This document shows positions 39,261 through 48,933 of a stretch of DNA of 64,000 nt, in pieces; position 1 is the stretch's first letter, and every line of letters begins with the position of its first letter. Made by a program: the position numbers and the translations under genes. The stretch spans positions 263,371-327,370 of the forward strand of contig JBBDYJ010000032.1 in assembly GCA_040901675.1 (NCBI GenBank), written 5' to 3'. Source of the DNA: Pirellulales bacterium. Its GTDB lineage: Bacteria; Planctomycetota; Planctomycetia; Pirellulales; JAICIG01. The notes under the pieces are model-generated. The model was not told where the DNA came from, made no database searches, and saw nothing but the letters and a program-made list of their open reading frames with translations.

Positions 39261-40526
39261 TCAGCCAGGCGCAGCCTGCATTTCCTGGCGGATGGCGTTC
39301 ATCGGCTCGATGACCTGGTCGACGCTGTCCTTGAACAGGTCGCCGATCAACAGGTCGGTCAGGTGGCCTTTGTATTGCGGATAGCGGCGGACGAAGCGTC
39401 CGAAGCTGAAGCCGTCGTAGAACTCGCAGACCAGCCGCCGCATGCGGTCCATGCCCTGGCTGAACTCAACTTCCCACTTGCCGAGCTGTTCGGCCGAAAG
39501 ATTTTCATTGGCCAGGCCTTCATTCACGGCGTCGGCAGCCAGTTGTCCCGATTTGAGCGCCAAGAGCACGCCCGAGGAGTAAAGCGGATCGAGGAACCCG
39601 AAGGCGTCGCCGACAAGCACCCAGCCGTCGCCCGCGGCCCGGCTGGAGCGGTAGGAATAGTCCTTGGTGGCGTAGAACTGCGATACGCGCCGGCCGATCG
39701 ACACGCGCTGTTTGGCGGCCGGGCAGCGGTCCAGCTCTTCGTTGTAGATAGTCTCATGGTCGCCGCGGCCGTCGAACAGGTATTCGAACGACGCCACCAC
39801 GCCGACGCTGACGATGTTGTTGTGCAAGGGGATGTACCAGAACCAGCCCTGCTTGCCCCTGGTCGACAGCACCAGGGTGGCCCCTTCGTCCCGGCCGCTG
39901 TCGCGATAGGCGCCTTCGTAGTAGGTCCACAAGGCGCCTTTTTTCAGCTTGGCGTCGGGGACGCGGAGCTTGAGCCGGTTGGCGATCAGGCTGCTCTGCC
40001 CGCTGGCGTCGACCACCACCTGGGAGCGCAAAACGTGCTGGCGGCCCTGAACATCCTTGATACGGACGCCGACGGCCCGCTCGCCTTCCATCAGCACGTC
40101 GAGCACGCGGACTTGCTCGCGGACCTCGACACCGTGCTCGCGGGCGTTGTCGAGCATCATCTGGTCGAACTCGCTGCGCAGCACCTGCCAGGTCTGCGAG
40201 CACTCGTGCGGCTTGTGGTCCATGAAGTAGAACGGCTCGGACAGCTTGCCGGTTTCGCTGACAAACTGCACGCTGTACTTCTTGACGAACGCGCTACCCT
40301 GCAGCTTGGGCAGCATGTTGAGCCGCTTGAGGACCCAGTAGGTCTCAGGAATCAGCGATTCGCCGATATGAAAGCGGGGAAACCGCTCGCGCTCCAGGAG
40401 GAGCACGCGGTGCCCTTGCTGGGCGATCAAGGTTGAAGCGGTCGAGCCGGCCGGCCCGCCCCCGATCACGATCACGGGCCACGACTCGGTCGAATCGCTG
40501 TGGTCATTGAGGCTCATGCGATCCAT
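39261..40526 (-). CDS. Flavin-dependent halogenase-like oxidoreductase
   Basis: IGGGPAG, FPRFHIGESL, GWFWYIPL (WxWxIP) and GDAFGFLDPLYSSGV motifs. Confidence 0.85.
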   Translation of the reverse strand: MDRMSLNDHSDSTESWPVIVIGGGPAGSTASTLIAQQGHRVLLLERERFPRFHIGESLIPETYWVLKRLNMLPKLQGSAFVKKYSVQFVSETGKLSEPFYFMDHKPHECSQTWQVLRSEFDQMMLDNAREHGVEVREQVRVLDVLMEGERAVGVRIKDVQGRQHVLRSQVVVDASGQSSLIANRLKLRVPDAKLKKGALWTYYEGAYRDSGRDEGATLVLSTRGKQGWFWYIPLHNNIVSVGVVASFEYLFDGRGDHETIYNEELDRCPAAKQRVSIGRRVSQFYATKDYSYRSSRAAGDGWVLVGDAFGFLDPLYSSGVLLALKSGQLAADAVNEGLANENLSAEQLGKWEVEFSQGMDRMRRLVCEFYDGFSFGRFVRRYPQYKGHLTDLLIGDLFKDSVDQVIEPMNAIRQEMQAAPG

Positions 40527-41073
40527 CCTGGTTGCGGACCGCTGAAGCGGACTCTTGCGGTGCGCCGGGTTTCGCGTCGTGGGGCCGGCGGGCGGCCTCG
40601 AGCAGCGTAATCAAGTCCCTCAACTCGGCCGGTTGCATGTGGCCCAACTGCTGCTGGTGGCAGCGGCGCACGGGCGCGGCCAGCCTGGCCAGCAGCTTCA
40701 GCCCCGCCGGCGTGATACCCACCTGGACCACGCGGCGGTTGCCGTCCTGGCGGCGGCGATCGACCAGGCCTCGCTCGGCCAGCTTGTCGAGCAGGCGCGT
40801 GATGTCCGGAGCGCGCGAGATCAGCCGGGCGGCGACTCGCAGGGTCGGCAGCGTGGCGGGATGCTCGGCCGCCAACAACCGCAGCGCGTTGTACTGCTGT
40901 GCCGTAAGGTCGTAACCAGCGAACAGAGCGTCCTCGAGGGCCCGCAGCCGGTCGTAGGACCGCCAGAGGTTGAGGAAGGCCTCTTGTTCCAAGGAGTCGA
41001 ATCGCCGCCGCTTCGGGCCGGGAGCCGCGGCGGCCGCTTTTCGAGTTTTCGGAAATTTGGAGGTGGCGCGCAT
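40504..41073 (-). CDS. MarR family regulator
   Basis: LTAQQYNALRLL, PDITRLLDKLAERGLV and NRRVVQVGITPAG motifs. Confidence 0.92.
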   Translation of the reverse strand: MRATSKFPKTRKAAAAAPGPKRRRFDSLEQEAFLNLWRSYDRLRALEDALFAGYDLTAQQYNALRLLAAEHPATLPTLRVAARLISRAPDITRLLDKLAERGLVDRRRQDGNRRVVQVGITPAGLKLLARLAAPVRRCHQQQLGHMQPAELRDLITLLEAARRPHDAKPGAPQESASAVRNQDGSHEPQ

Positions 41074-41078
41074 GCTCG

Positions 41079-41108
41079 TTTATACTTGTTTAGACAAGTG
41101 TGTGTCAA
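41079..41108 (-). promoter_or_regulatory. sigma70 promoter TTGACA-N18-TATAAA with palindromic operator ACTTGT-N4-ACAAGT
   Basis: -35 at 41108-41103, -10 at 41084-41079, palindrome at 41084-41099; ATG only 5 nt downstream of the -10. Confidence 0.75.
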
Positions 41109-41124
41109 GCGGCCGGCACCACGC

Positions 41125-41538
41125 TCAGGAATCTTCATCCTGGCCGCCCGGCTCGAGCTTCAGGGCCACCGAGTTGATGCAGTAGCGCTGGTGGGTGGGG
41201 GCCGGGCCGTCGTCGAAGACGTGGCCTAGATGGCATCCGCAACGCTCGCATACGACCTCCGTGCGGCGCGTGAAGAAGCTGCGGTCGTCCTCGGTGCGCA
41301 CGCTGCCGGGCATCGGGGCAAAGAAGCTGGGCCAGCCCGTGCCGGAATCGAACTTGGTCCGCGAGTCGAACAATTCGGCGCCGCAGCAGACGCACTGGTA
41401 AATGCCCGGCTGCTTGGAGTTCCAGTACTCGCCGGTAAAGGCCCGCTCCGTCCCCTTCTGCCGGCACACCTTGAACTGCTCCGGCGTGAGCTGGCGTTTC
41501 CATTCGTCGTCCGACTTGGATACTTCGAATTCGCTCAT
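41125..41538 (-). CDS. msrB: Peptide-methionine (R)-S-oxide reductase
   Basis: GTERAFTG, CVCC, KFDSGTGWPSF, HLGHVFDDGP and RYCINS motifs. Confidence 0.96.
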   Translation of the reverse strand: MSEFEVSKSDDEWKRQLTPEQFKVCRQKGTERAFTGEYWNSKQPGIYQCVCCGAELFDSRTKFDSGTGWPSFFAPMPGSVRTEDDRSFFTRRTEVVCERCGCHLGHVFDDGPAPTHQRYCINSVALKLEPGGQDEDS

Positions 41539-41604
41539 GAAGCACCTGGTCCCTGGCTTGCCGATTGCCGCCAGGGTACACTGCCGGCTCATCACGATCA
41601 AACA

Positions 41605-41633
41605 GCTTCCTCACGCCCCAGCGTGAGGGCTAC
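41605..41633 (-). repeat. GTAG-type REP palindrome
   Basis: Minus strand GTAGCCCTCACGCTGGGGCGTGAGGAAGC. Confidence 0.7.
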
Positions 41634-41652
41634 TGCGTACCCGAGGACAACC

Positions 41653-41940
41653 ATGCACGCGATCAATGTCTGGTTGACGGTCAAAGAGGCGGACCAGGTC
41701 GACACGATCGTCGCCTTGTTGGCGGAGGCCGCCCGCAAGTCGCGGCAGGAAGCGGGCTGCCTCCGCTTCGACGTCTATCATTCGCAATCCGACCAGCGGC
41801 GGTTCCTGCTGGTCGAGCACTGGGAATCGGAAGCAGCTCTGAACACGCACCGCCAGGGCGAGGCCTACACGACCATCTACCAGCCGCGGATCCTGCCCCA
41901 CGTCGAGCGCGAGCCGCACGTCGCGACGTTGCTCGAGTAA
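41653..41940 (+). CDS. Antibiotic biosynthesis monooxygenase (ABM) family protein
   Basis: SRQEAGCLRFDVY...FLLVEHWESEAALNTH; GAGGA Shine-Dalgarno. Confidence 0.88.
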   Translation: MHAINVWLTVKEADQVDTIVALLAEAARKSRQEAGCLRFDVYHSQSDQRRFLLVEHWESEAALNTHRQGEAYTTIYQPRILPHVEREPHVATLLE

Positions 41941-42036
41941 GGATCGGCCGAAAAACAACTTCCTCACATCGCAACTGGGGCACGCTTATCGCTTTGCCCC
42001 AGCCACCCAGTCGGCATCTACTCTCTGGCACCTGGC

Positions 42037-42849
42037 TTATTGCTTCGGCCCCAGCACCGGCCCGTCGCCGATGATGAAATAGCCACCCGGCAGGGGGCCA
42101 TTCCCCGTGGCGAAGGCCGCAAACGCCGGGCAGAGCCGTTCGGCCCTGGCCGCCTGGTCCCGGACCGATTGGACCGAGCGGCGGCTTCGATCGTGGGGAA
42201 CCACCACGGTGGCGCAGTCGAACCCGACGTTGCCCGACTCGTCCGTGGCGGTGACCAGCACCAGGTAGACGCGGCCGTCGGCGTTCCCCTTGCGTTCGCT
42301 GCGCAGCCGGAGGCTGCCGAGCGCGATGTTCTTGGCATCGGGTGAATGGCGTCCGTCGCCGGTCGCCTCTTCATCGTCCTCGTCGCCGAAGACCATCACG
42401 TCGATCGCGGGATCAGGATCGCACGCGTCGCTGACCCGCGCTCGGAGGCCAACGTTGATCAGATTATGGTTGGGCGGCCAGAGCATCGAGCGTGCCACCG
42501 AGGCATTGACCGTGGGAGCTATTGTATCGGCGACGATGACGATGCGGACGGCCGTGGCAGTCTGCTCGGGAGTTGAAGAGTCGGTTGCGGTGTACGTAAT
42601 GCGATATCGACCGGGCCGGCGAGTGTTGACCGAGCCACTGATTTCCAGCTCATAAGGACGTGAGCCTCCCGAGATAGTGGCTCCCAGTTCACGATAGGAG
42701 TCGACGCCACACTCCAGCGTCATCGGGTTGGGGCCGTTCACGGTGACTTCGAGTGGGGCCTGTGCAGCCGCTTGAGCGGCCATGGCCAGACCGATCACCA
42801 GTGCCAACGACGCTCGCTTCCCCCACGGGGTGTTCGGCAGATTCATCAC
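42037..42849 (-). CDS. Secreted Ig-like (DUF5011/HYR-like) domain protein
   Basis: Signal peptide; NGPNPMTLECG...PGRYRITYTATDS...DTIAPT; LWPPNH; LRSERKG...GRVY motifs. Confidence 0.75.
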   Translation of the reverse strand: MMNLPNTPWGKRASLALVIGLAMAAQAAAQAPLEVTVNGPNPMTLECGVDSYRELGATISGGSRPYELEISGSVNTRRPGRYRITYTATDSSTPEQTATAVRIVIVADTIAPTVNASVARSMLWPPNHNLINVGLRARVSDACDPDPAIDVMVFGDEDDEEATGDGRHSPDAKNIALGSLRLRSERKGNADGRVYLVLVTATDESGNVGFDCATVVVPHDRSRRSVQSVRDQAARAERLCPAFAAFATGNGPLPGGYFIIGDGPVLGPKQ

Positions 42850-43596
42850 TTGGGTCTCCCTTGATGATTGAATGAAAGGACGAAGAACCTGGTTCGAGAC
42901 GGCTCACCTTGTTGTGGGGCCTTCAAGGGTTTTGTCTGCGCCGTACTACGCCAACTCTTTCCCGGTTTATTGCCCGCCGGGCATGCTGACCTGACAAGAA
43001 CGGGTGGTCCAGCGCCCGCCATGCACGATGAGTCGCGCGCGGTCGCTGCCGGTTGGATCGGTTTCTATTGGGGCAAAACGCCCGCGGAGTAATCGCGAAT
43101 CGAAAACGATTGCCGACGCCATCACGGGCGGCTGGCTGGAACGGTTCCTAGCGCGGGCCACGAATCGCCGCGGACGGGGCGGCCGACTCGAGACCCGCGA
43201 GGTCTGGCGGACTGCCCTGCGCTCAAGGCGGCTGGCTCGCAAGGCAGTTTTCGTACCACATCGCGGGAAATGCACGCCGGGAAGCAAGAACAGGCAGGCA
43301 GGGGCTCCACAAGCAGGCAGGGGCTTCGGCAATGCCGCAGGGCGGCCATGGTGGCATTTTCTGGTCTTTTTTGGCCTGCCAACGGAACCGAATAGGCTCC
43401 AGGCGGGTCTTATTTGTGCCGGACGACACTGCTTCTCGGCAGCCGGCCAAGCCGGCAGCCTCCAAGCAGTGGCACGGTGCGACAGGCCCGCGGGCGGCAA
43501 CCGCTTGGCGCGCACCGGTCCGCTGGGGTAAGGTTATTATGCCGAAGAGTTTGCCGCGAATTGCGGCATCCGGCAGCTCAGGGGCGAACAACACCG

Positions 43597-44976
43597 ATGG
43601 TCAAGTCTGTCTTTCAACATTCCGCCGTGGCAAGCGGCCTGGTCACGCAGCAAGAGCTCGATGAAGCGATCGAGCTCGTGCGGGCCGATCCCGAGCGGCC
43701 GGAGGCGGCCCCCAGCGACGAGCGGATCGCCGCCAGGCTCGTGGAGCTCGGCCGGCTGAATCGCTGGCAAGCCCAGGAATTGCGAAAGGGGCGGACCAAG
43801 TTCACGCTCGGCCCATACCATTGCATCGACTCGATCGGACGGGGCGGCATGGGCGAAGTGTACAAGGCCGAGCACTCGATCATGGGACGGGTGGTAGCCG
43901 TGAAGGTCTTGCCGCGCAGCAAGTCGAGCCCGGAAGCGATCGCCAGCTTCGCTCGCGAGATACGCACGCAGGCCCAGTTGGACCATCAGAACCTGGTTCG
44001 GGCCTACGATGCGGGGCACGACGGCAACGTTCACTTTCTGGTGACCGAATACGTTCCGGGCCTGGATTTGCGGAAACTGGTCCGCCGCCAGGGCCGGTTG
44101 GGGATGTCGGCGGCGGCCGCGATCATCGTCCAGGCGGCCCATGGCTTGGGCTATGCGCACAGCCGCGGGCTGATCCATCGCGACGTGAAGCCGGGCAACC
44201 TGTTGGTCACTCCCGACGGGCACACCAAGGTTTCGGACCTGGGGTTGGCCGGTTACTTCGACGAGTCGGACCAGGTCGACGTACACGGCAGCAAGGTGGT
44301 GGGCACCGCCGACTACCTGGCGCCTGAACAGATTACGGAGCCGAACCGTTTGTCGCCGGCCAGCGACATCTATTCGCTGGGCTGCACCTTGTACTACGCG
44401 GTCACCGGCAAGGTCCCCTTCCCCGGCGGAACATCGCGTGAGAAGGCGCACCGGCACTGCCAGGTGCTTCCCTTGGATCCGCGCCGCAAGAACCCCGAGC
44501 TAAGCGACGAGTTCGTCGATGTCATCGCCGATATGATGGTCAAGAGCCCGGACGAGCGGCTGCAAACGGCCTCCGAGGTGATCGAGCGTCTGGCGCCGTG
44601 GATGCCCGGGCCCGAGACCGCGGTCAGCCGGCAGGTCCAGGTGGCCGGCATCGGCGTGCCGGTCGACCGTTCTCCGCCGCGGCGACCCATCCTGCCGGTC
44701 CTGGGCGACACCGAGCCGAACTTCCTCGTCCAGCCGGCCGACGAGCCCGGCCAGGGCGAAAGCCCCAGCCAGCTCTCGGTGGGCACCCAGCCGATGGCTT
44801 CGGCCAGCCAGGACACTTTCCCGTTCGTGCTGCACGATCGCACGACCCGCGACTGGCACGAGACGATTGGCAACGTCTCGCCGCTGGTCAAGGTGCTGAT
44901 TCTGATCGGCATGATCGCCGCCATCGGCACGCTGGCCGCCGTTGTCTTCAGCCTGGTATTGGCCGCCATCGCGTAG
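43597..44976 (+). CDS. Hanks-type Ser/Thr protein kinase with a C-terminal TM helix
   Basis: GRGGMGEV, VAVK, HRDVKPGN, DLGLA, GTADYLAPE and SDIYSLG motifs; start MVKSVF at 43597. Confidence 0.93.
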   Translation: MVKSVFQHSAVASGLVTQQELDEAIELVRADPERPEAAPSDERIAARLVELGRLNRWQAQELRKGRTKFTLGPYHCIDSIGRGGMGEVYKAEHSIMGRVVAVKVLPRSKSSPEAIASFAREIRTQAQLDHQNLVRAYDAGHDGNVHFLVTEYVPGLDLRKLVRRQGRLGMSAAAAIIVQAAHGLGYAHSRGLIHRDVKPGNLLVTPDGHTKVSDLGLAGYFDESDQVDVHGSKVVGTADYLAPEQITEPNRLSPASDIYSLGCTLYYAVTGKVPFPGGTSREKAHRHCQVLPLDPRRKNPELSDEFVDVIADMMVKSPDERLQTASEVIERLAPWMPGPETAVSRQVQVAGIGVPVDRSPPRRPILPVLGDTEPNFLVQPADEPGQGESPSQLSVGTQPMASASQDTFPFVLHDRTTRDWHETIGNVSPLVKVLILIGMIAAIGTLAAVVFSLVLAAIA

Positions 44977-44992
44977 AACGAATGAATTGGTT

Positions 44993-46489
44993 CTACGGGC
45001 CCGCCGAGGCCGTCTGCGAGCGCAGCGCGTGCAACTCGGATTCGAGCTGGTCGATTTGGCGCTGATCGAGAAAGCGAACGACCACCTGCCGCGTGTCGTC
45101 GAACAGCTTGTCGATTTTCCTCTGAATGAGCTCGTCGGTCGTGGCCGTGCGCCGCCTTTCGAGGGCGATCATCGTCATGAACTGCTGATGACTCCCCAGC
45201 CGGCGCAACTGCTCCATGAACCGCTCGGCCTCCTCGAGCTTGCCCTCGTCCATCCGCGCCCGCACCCGTGTCATCAGCACCTGCCTGCGGGCAATGATGT
45301 CGACAAATCGCCGCTGCAGACCAGTGATCACCCCCTCGGCCGCCAGCCGCTGGTCGTCGTCGGGTATCTCGGCCGCGGCCACGGAAAACAAGCCGGGCAG
45401 CATGGGCAAACGGGCCAACAGCTCGCCCCCGTTCTTGACCAGCAGCACCCGAAGACCGGCCGAGTCGGCTGGCACGAGCAGCTCTCCCTGACCGTCGGTG
45501 CGGCCGACGAGATGGGTGGCCGTGGCATGGGGTGGGTGCGAGTACACTTCGTAGCCGGCCAGCCGCCGCTGGGGATCGGTGCGCGACTTGAGGACCAGCC
45601 GGGTGGGCAGCCCGGACGGGCGAACAGCCAAGGCCACCTGTTCCACGGGGCCGCGTCGGCGACCGCTGAGCGGGCTGCGCAGCCCGCTATGAAGCGTCGA
45701 GGTGAGCTCGGCGCCGGCCAGGCTCTCGACGGCCATGAATGTCCACTCGAGCGGTTCGATGCGGCGCGGCTTTCCGTCGCGGTCGTTGTAGCGGATCACC
45801 GGACGCAACACGCTGCCTGGGCCGATCCAGCTCAGCGTGGGGTCGAGGGGGGGCAGGCCGCCGGCGCGCAGCCGCAACCGCACCTGTTTTCCCTCGACCT
45901 GTTCAATCCGGGCCAGCGGCGCGAACGCGCCCAGGACCGCTTGAAACGCCTCTTCACCCAGCAATTGTCTTTGCCGAACGTGCCTGGAAACGGTGGTCCC
46001 CAGCAGACGCGTCTGGAGATCGAGCTCGCGGGCGCCGATCGTCCAACCACCCTGCCCCGCAGTCAAGGTGACGAAAATCAGCTTGTCGGCCTCGAGTTCG
46101 ACCAGTGACTGCGGCACCTGTTCGACGCTCAAGGCTGCCAGACCGTCGAGCAGCGCCGGGCGCAGGTCGTCGGGGGCCGGCCCGGATTGAAGGATCCAGG
46201 CGGCGCCCACCGCCGTGTCGGTCCGCTCGGCCAGGACGGCCCGCATCGATTCGGCCAGCCGCTCGGTGAACTCGGGCCGATTGTCGACGGCCATCAACAC
46301 GCGGATGCGATAAGGCGTCAAGTCCCAGACCGACTGCGCGTCGGCCTGCCGGGCGCCGGCCAGCCAGGCTGCGAGCACCAAGGCAAGCCCGGACGCCAGG
46401 CGCCAGAGCGATCGCGCCGTCCGCGCTGCACTCGTTCTCGAGTGCGGCGGATTTGCGACCGGGCACGAGCGGGGATGCCGACGGCTCAT
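44993..46489 (-). CDS. Exported hypothetical protein, last gene of the ExbBD operon
   Basis: ATGA overlap with the upstream gene; signal peptide ending ADA-Q; helical C-terminus. Confidence 0.75.
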   Translation of the reverse strand: MSRRHPRSCPVANPPHSRTSAARTARSLWRLASGLALVLAAWLAGARQADAQSVWDLTPYRIRVLMAVDNRPEFTERLAESMRAVLAERTDTAVGAAWILQSGPAPDDLRPALLDGLAALSVEQVPQSLVELEADKLIFVTLTAGQGGWTIGARELDLQTRLLGTTVSRHVRQRQLLGEEAFQAVLGAFAPLARIEQVEGKQVRLRLRAGGLPPLDPTLSWIGPGSVLRPVIRYNDRDGKPRRIEPLEWTFMAVESLAGAELTSTLHSGLRSPLSGRRRGPVEQVALAVRPSGLPTRLVLKSRTDPQRRLAGYEVYSHPPHATATHLVGRTDGQGELLVPADSAGLRVLLVKNGGELLARLPMLPGLFSVAAAEIPDDDQRLAAEGVITGLQRRFVDIIARRQVLMTRVRARMDEGKLEEAERFMEQLRRLGSHQQFMTMIALERRRTATTDELIQRKIDKLFDDTRQVVVRFLDQRQIDQLESELHALRSQTASAGP

Positions 46490-48891
46490 GGCGTCTCCGG
46501 AACTTGGAACTTGCCCCGCCAGCGTTCGACAAATTGATACAAGAGCACGGGTTGCGAGCCGACCCCCTCCAAGCTCTTGTGGTAAGCGAAGTGTTCCATC
46601 ATCTGCCACAAGGGGATCACCGCGACGTCATCGGCCGCCAGGTGATGGACCTGTTGGAGTCTCTGGCTGGCCTGTTTCCAATTGGCCGCCTGGTCGACAC
46701 TCCGCAGCGCCAATCCGATGTAGGGGCTGGCCCCGCCCAGGATCCCGTCGGGGCCGAGCAGTCGGCGGGCATCGACGACCGGCTCGTCGACGATAATCTC
46801 GGCATAGACCAGGTCGTAGTCGCCACCCGGCGGCGCCACGTCGCCGGGCGGCAGCTCGACCAGCTCGACGGCGATCTTGATCGCTCTCAGATGCTTCTGG
46901 ATCGCTTCGCACGCCTGCCGGGCAATGTCGTGCGGCGGATGGGCCAGCACCAGGGCCGGCAGCGCGGCCAGCTCGGCTTGTCCCTTGGCTTTGGCCTGGA
47001 CGTTGATTTCCGCCAGGGCCACGCCCGACAAGGCGATCGCCAACTGCGGGTCATAATCACGCGGCTCGACATCGGCGTTGTACGCGTATCGCAGCGGATC
47101 GTCGAAACCCAGTCCGGCCGGAAATGGGCCGCTGATCACCTGGCAACCCGGCATGCGGCGGCCTCGCAGCAGGTGCCGATCGAGGATCAGTTGGCGATTG
47201 ATGCCATAGACCAAGGCCCGGCGAAACGAGGGGCTGGCAGTGAACGGGCGGTTCAGGTTGGGCAGCAAGCAGATCAACGTGGGCAGAGCGTACCGTTCGA
47301 CGACCAATTGGCCCTCGGACTGAAGCGGCTCGACGTCCCAAGGGTTCAGGCGGTCGAGCACCTGGATGCGTCCCTGCTTCAGCGCGGCGACCGCCTGCCG
47401 GGAATTGCCGAAGTAACGCTCGATGATTTCCTTGGGGCTGGCCGGTTCCGAGGCGAAATACTCAGGGCTGGCCACGTAACGCACCTGGCCGGCGTCGCGC
47501 TGGGCAACCACGTAGGGGCCGATGGCGCCGGCCGAATGAATCGAGTTGGCGGGAAACAGCGGCGTCTGGAGCATGCCCTCGGGCCGGACGTGCGACCAGT
47601 TCAAATCGACGGCCACCTCATACACGTCGCGGACTTCGACGCCGGCAAACAGTTGCGCCCAGTCGAGCTGGCAGTCGGGATGAGCCGGATCGGCCAGGTC
47701 CACCAGCCGCCGGGCCACGTCGACGCCGGTGACGCTCGCCTCCGTGCCGGGCCAACGGATGCCGCGCCTGAGTTGAAATACCAGCCTGTGGCCGAAATCG
47801 CCCGGCGGCTTGGATAGTTCGCCCAGCGGGCAAGCATACTGGCCTCCCTCGGCGGTTACCGACTCGAACTCGACCAGCAGCCTGTGCAACAGCCGGCCGC
47901 TGCGCCGCGAGCTCCAATCGACCAGCCGGCTGCCCGGCTGAGCACCGGCGGGCATCGTCACGCCCACCGTGACCCGCGGATACCGCCGGTAAAGCTCATC
48001 GAAAAATGCTTGCGCCGAGGGAATCGTCGGCCAGACGTCCAGCACGTGCATTCCTTCGGCCCAGGCCTCGGGCAGTTCGCCTGCCTCCATCCGAGCGCGG
48101 GCGCCGGTCAGGAGTTCGGCGGCCTCGGCCTGCCAGCGCTGAGACCACCGTTGGGCCACGGAGTGCCCTGGAAAGCGAGCCGCCAGGGTTTCGACCAGCC
48201 GGCGGCCCGAGCGGTGGTCGTTCGCGGCAAGGTGCTGTTCGACCAACTTGTCGGTCGCCGCCCCCATGGCCACCGGCAGGTTGGGGTACTGCGGCCGGAC
48301 CGCGTACAGCTCGTTCAAGAGCGCCAGCGCGTTCTCGAACTTTCCCCGCCGCTGCCAGGCCTCGGCGTCCTTGTACAGATAGGCCGCCAGGGCCGCATCC
48401 AGCCCCTCCATCTCGGCATGGTTTCGCTCGAGGAAATCGAAATAATCGTAGGCTTCGTCGAACTTGCCGGCGTTGACCAAAGCCCGCGCCTCTTCGAGCA
48501 CCAATTGCTCGAAGAAGCGGACTTCGGCGATATCGCCCCACAGCAGCTCGTATTCCTGGGTTGGCTCGTCGGTTTTTCGGACGATCAGCTTGTCGGAATC
48601 CTTGCGGTCTTCCGGCACTCTTCGTCCGGCCAGTTCCAGCGGCAGCACCTGGATGACGGTCTTGAATTCATCGTCCAGAACGATCTCGTCGTAAGGGTCC
48701 TGCTCGAACAAGCGGACCCTCGCCTGGCCGACGGCGGGTTCAGCCGCGCTTGGGGCGTCGGCGGGGGCCTGCCAAGCCAGGGCACGCCAGCCGGCCAGCG
48801 GCAAGCCGCACCCCAGTGCCAGCGCGACCAGCCACGCTCGCAGTTGCAGCTTGTCAGCGGTTTGCAGTGCACGGAAAAAGTTGCGGTGCAT
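46486..48891 (-). CDS. TPR-like region fused to a family 5 (Opp/Dpp-type) solute-binding domain
   Basis: Signal peptide; TPR-like helices; FQLRRGIRW, GPYVV, FRRALVYGINR, YDPQLA and VIPLWQ SBP5-like motifs. Confidence 0.75.
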   Translation of the reverse strand: MHRNFFRALQTADKLQLRAWLVALALGCGLPLAGWRALAWQAPADAPSAAEPAVGQARVRLFEQDPYDEIVLDDEFKTVIQVLPLELAGRRVPEDRKDSDKLIVRKTDEPTQEYELLWGDIAEVRFFEQLVLEEARALVNAGKFDEAYDYFDFLERNHAEMEGLDAALAAYLYKDAEAWQRRGKFENALALLNELYAVRPQYPNLPVAMGAATDKLVEQHLAANDHRSGRRLVETLAARFPGHSVAQRWSQRWQAEAAELLTGARARMEAGELPEAWAEGMHVLDVWPTIPSAQAFFDELYRRYPRVTVGVTMPAGAQPGSRLVDWSSRRSGRLLHRLLVEFESVTAEGGQYACPLGELSKPPGDFGHRLVFQLRRGIRWPGTEASVTGVDVARRLVDLADPAHPDCQLDWAQLFAGVEVRDVYEVAVDLNWSHVRPEGMLQTPLFPANSIHSAGAIGPYVVAQRDAGQVRYVASPEYFASEPASPKEIIERYFGNSRQAVAALKQGRIQVLDRLNPWDVEPLQSEGQLVVERYALPTLICLLPNLNRPFTASPSFRRALVYGINRQLILDRHLLRGRRMPGCQVISGPFPAGLGFDDPLRYAYNADVEPRDYDPQLAIALSGVALAEINVQAKAKGQAELAALPALVLAHPPHDIARQACEAIQKHLRAIKIAVELVELPPGDVAPPGGDYDLVYAEIIVDEPVVDARRLLGPDGILGGASPYIGLALRSVDQAANWKQASQRLQQVHHLAADDVAVIPLWQMMEHFAYHKSLEGVGSQPVLLYQFVERWRGKFQVPETP

Positions 48892-48933
48892 GTCCTGTGT
48901 CGCGATTTGTCGCCGTTGCCGGCAAGGTGCTCT

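Noticed and set aside
42850..43596. Possible c-di-GMP riboswitch or small gene in the 750-nt gap between divergent genes
   Set aside because: GGCAAA and GGCTGCC words occur, but the GNRA/receptor stem architecture could not be built and the ORFs look non-coding; an Rfam scan would settle it
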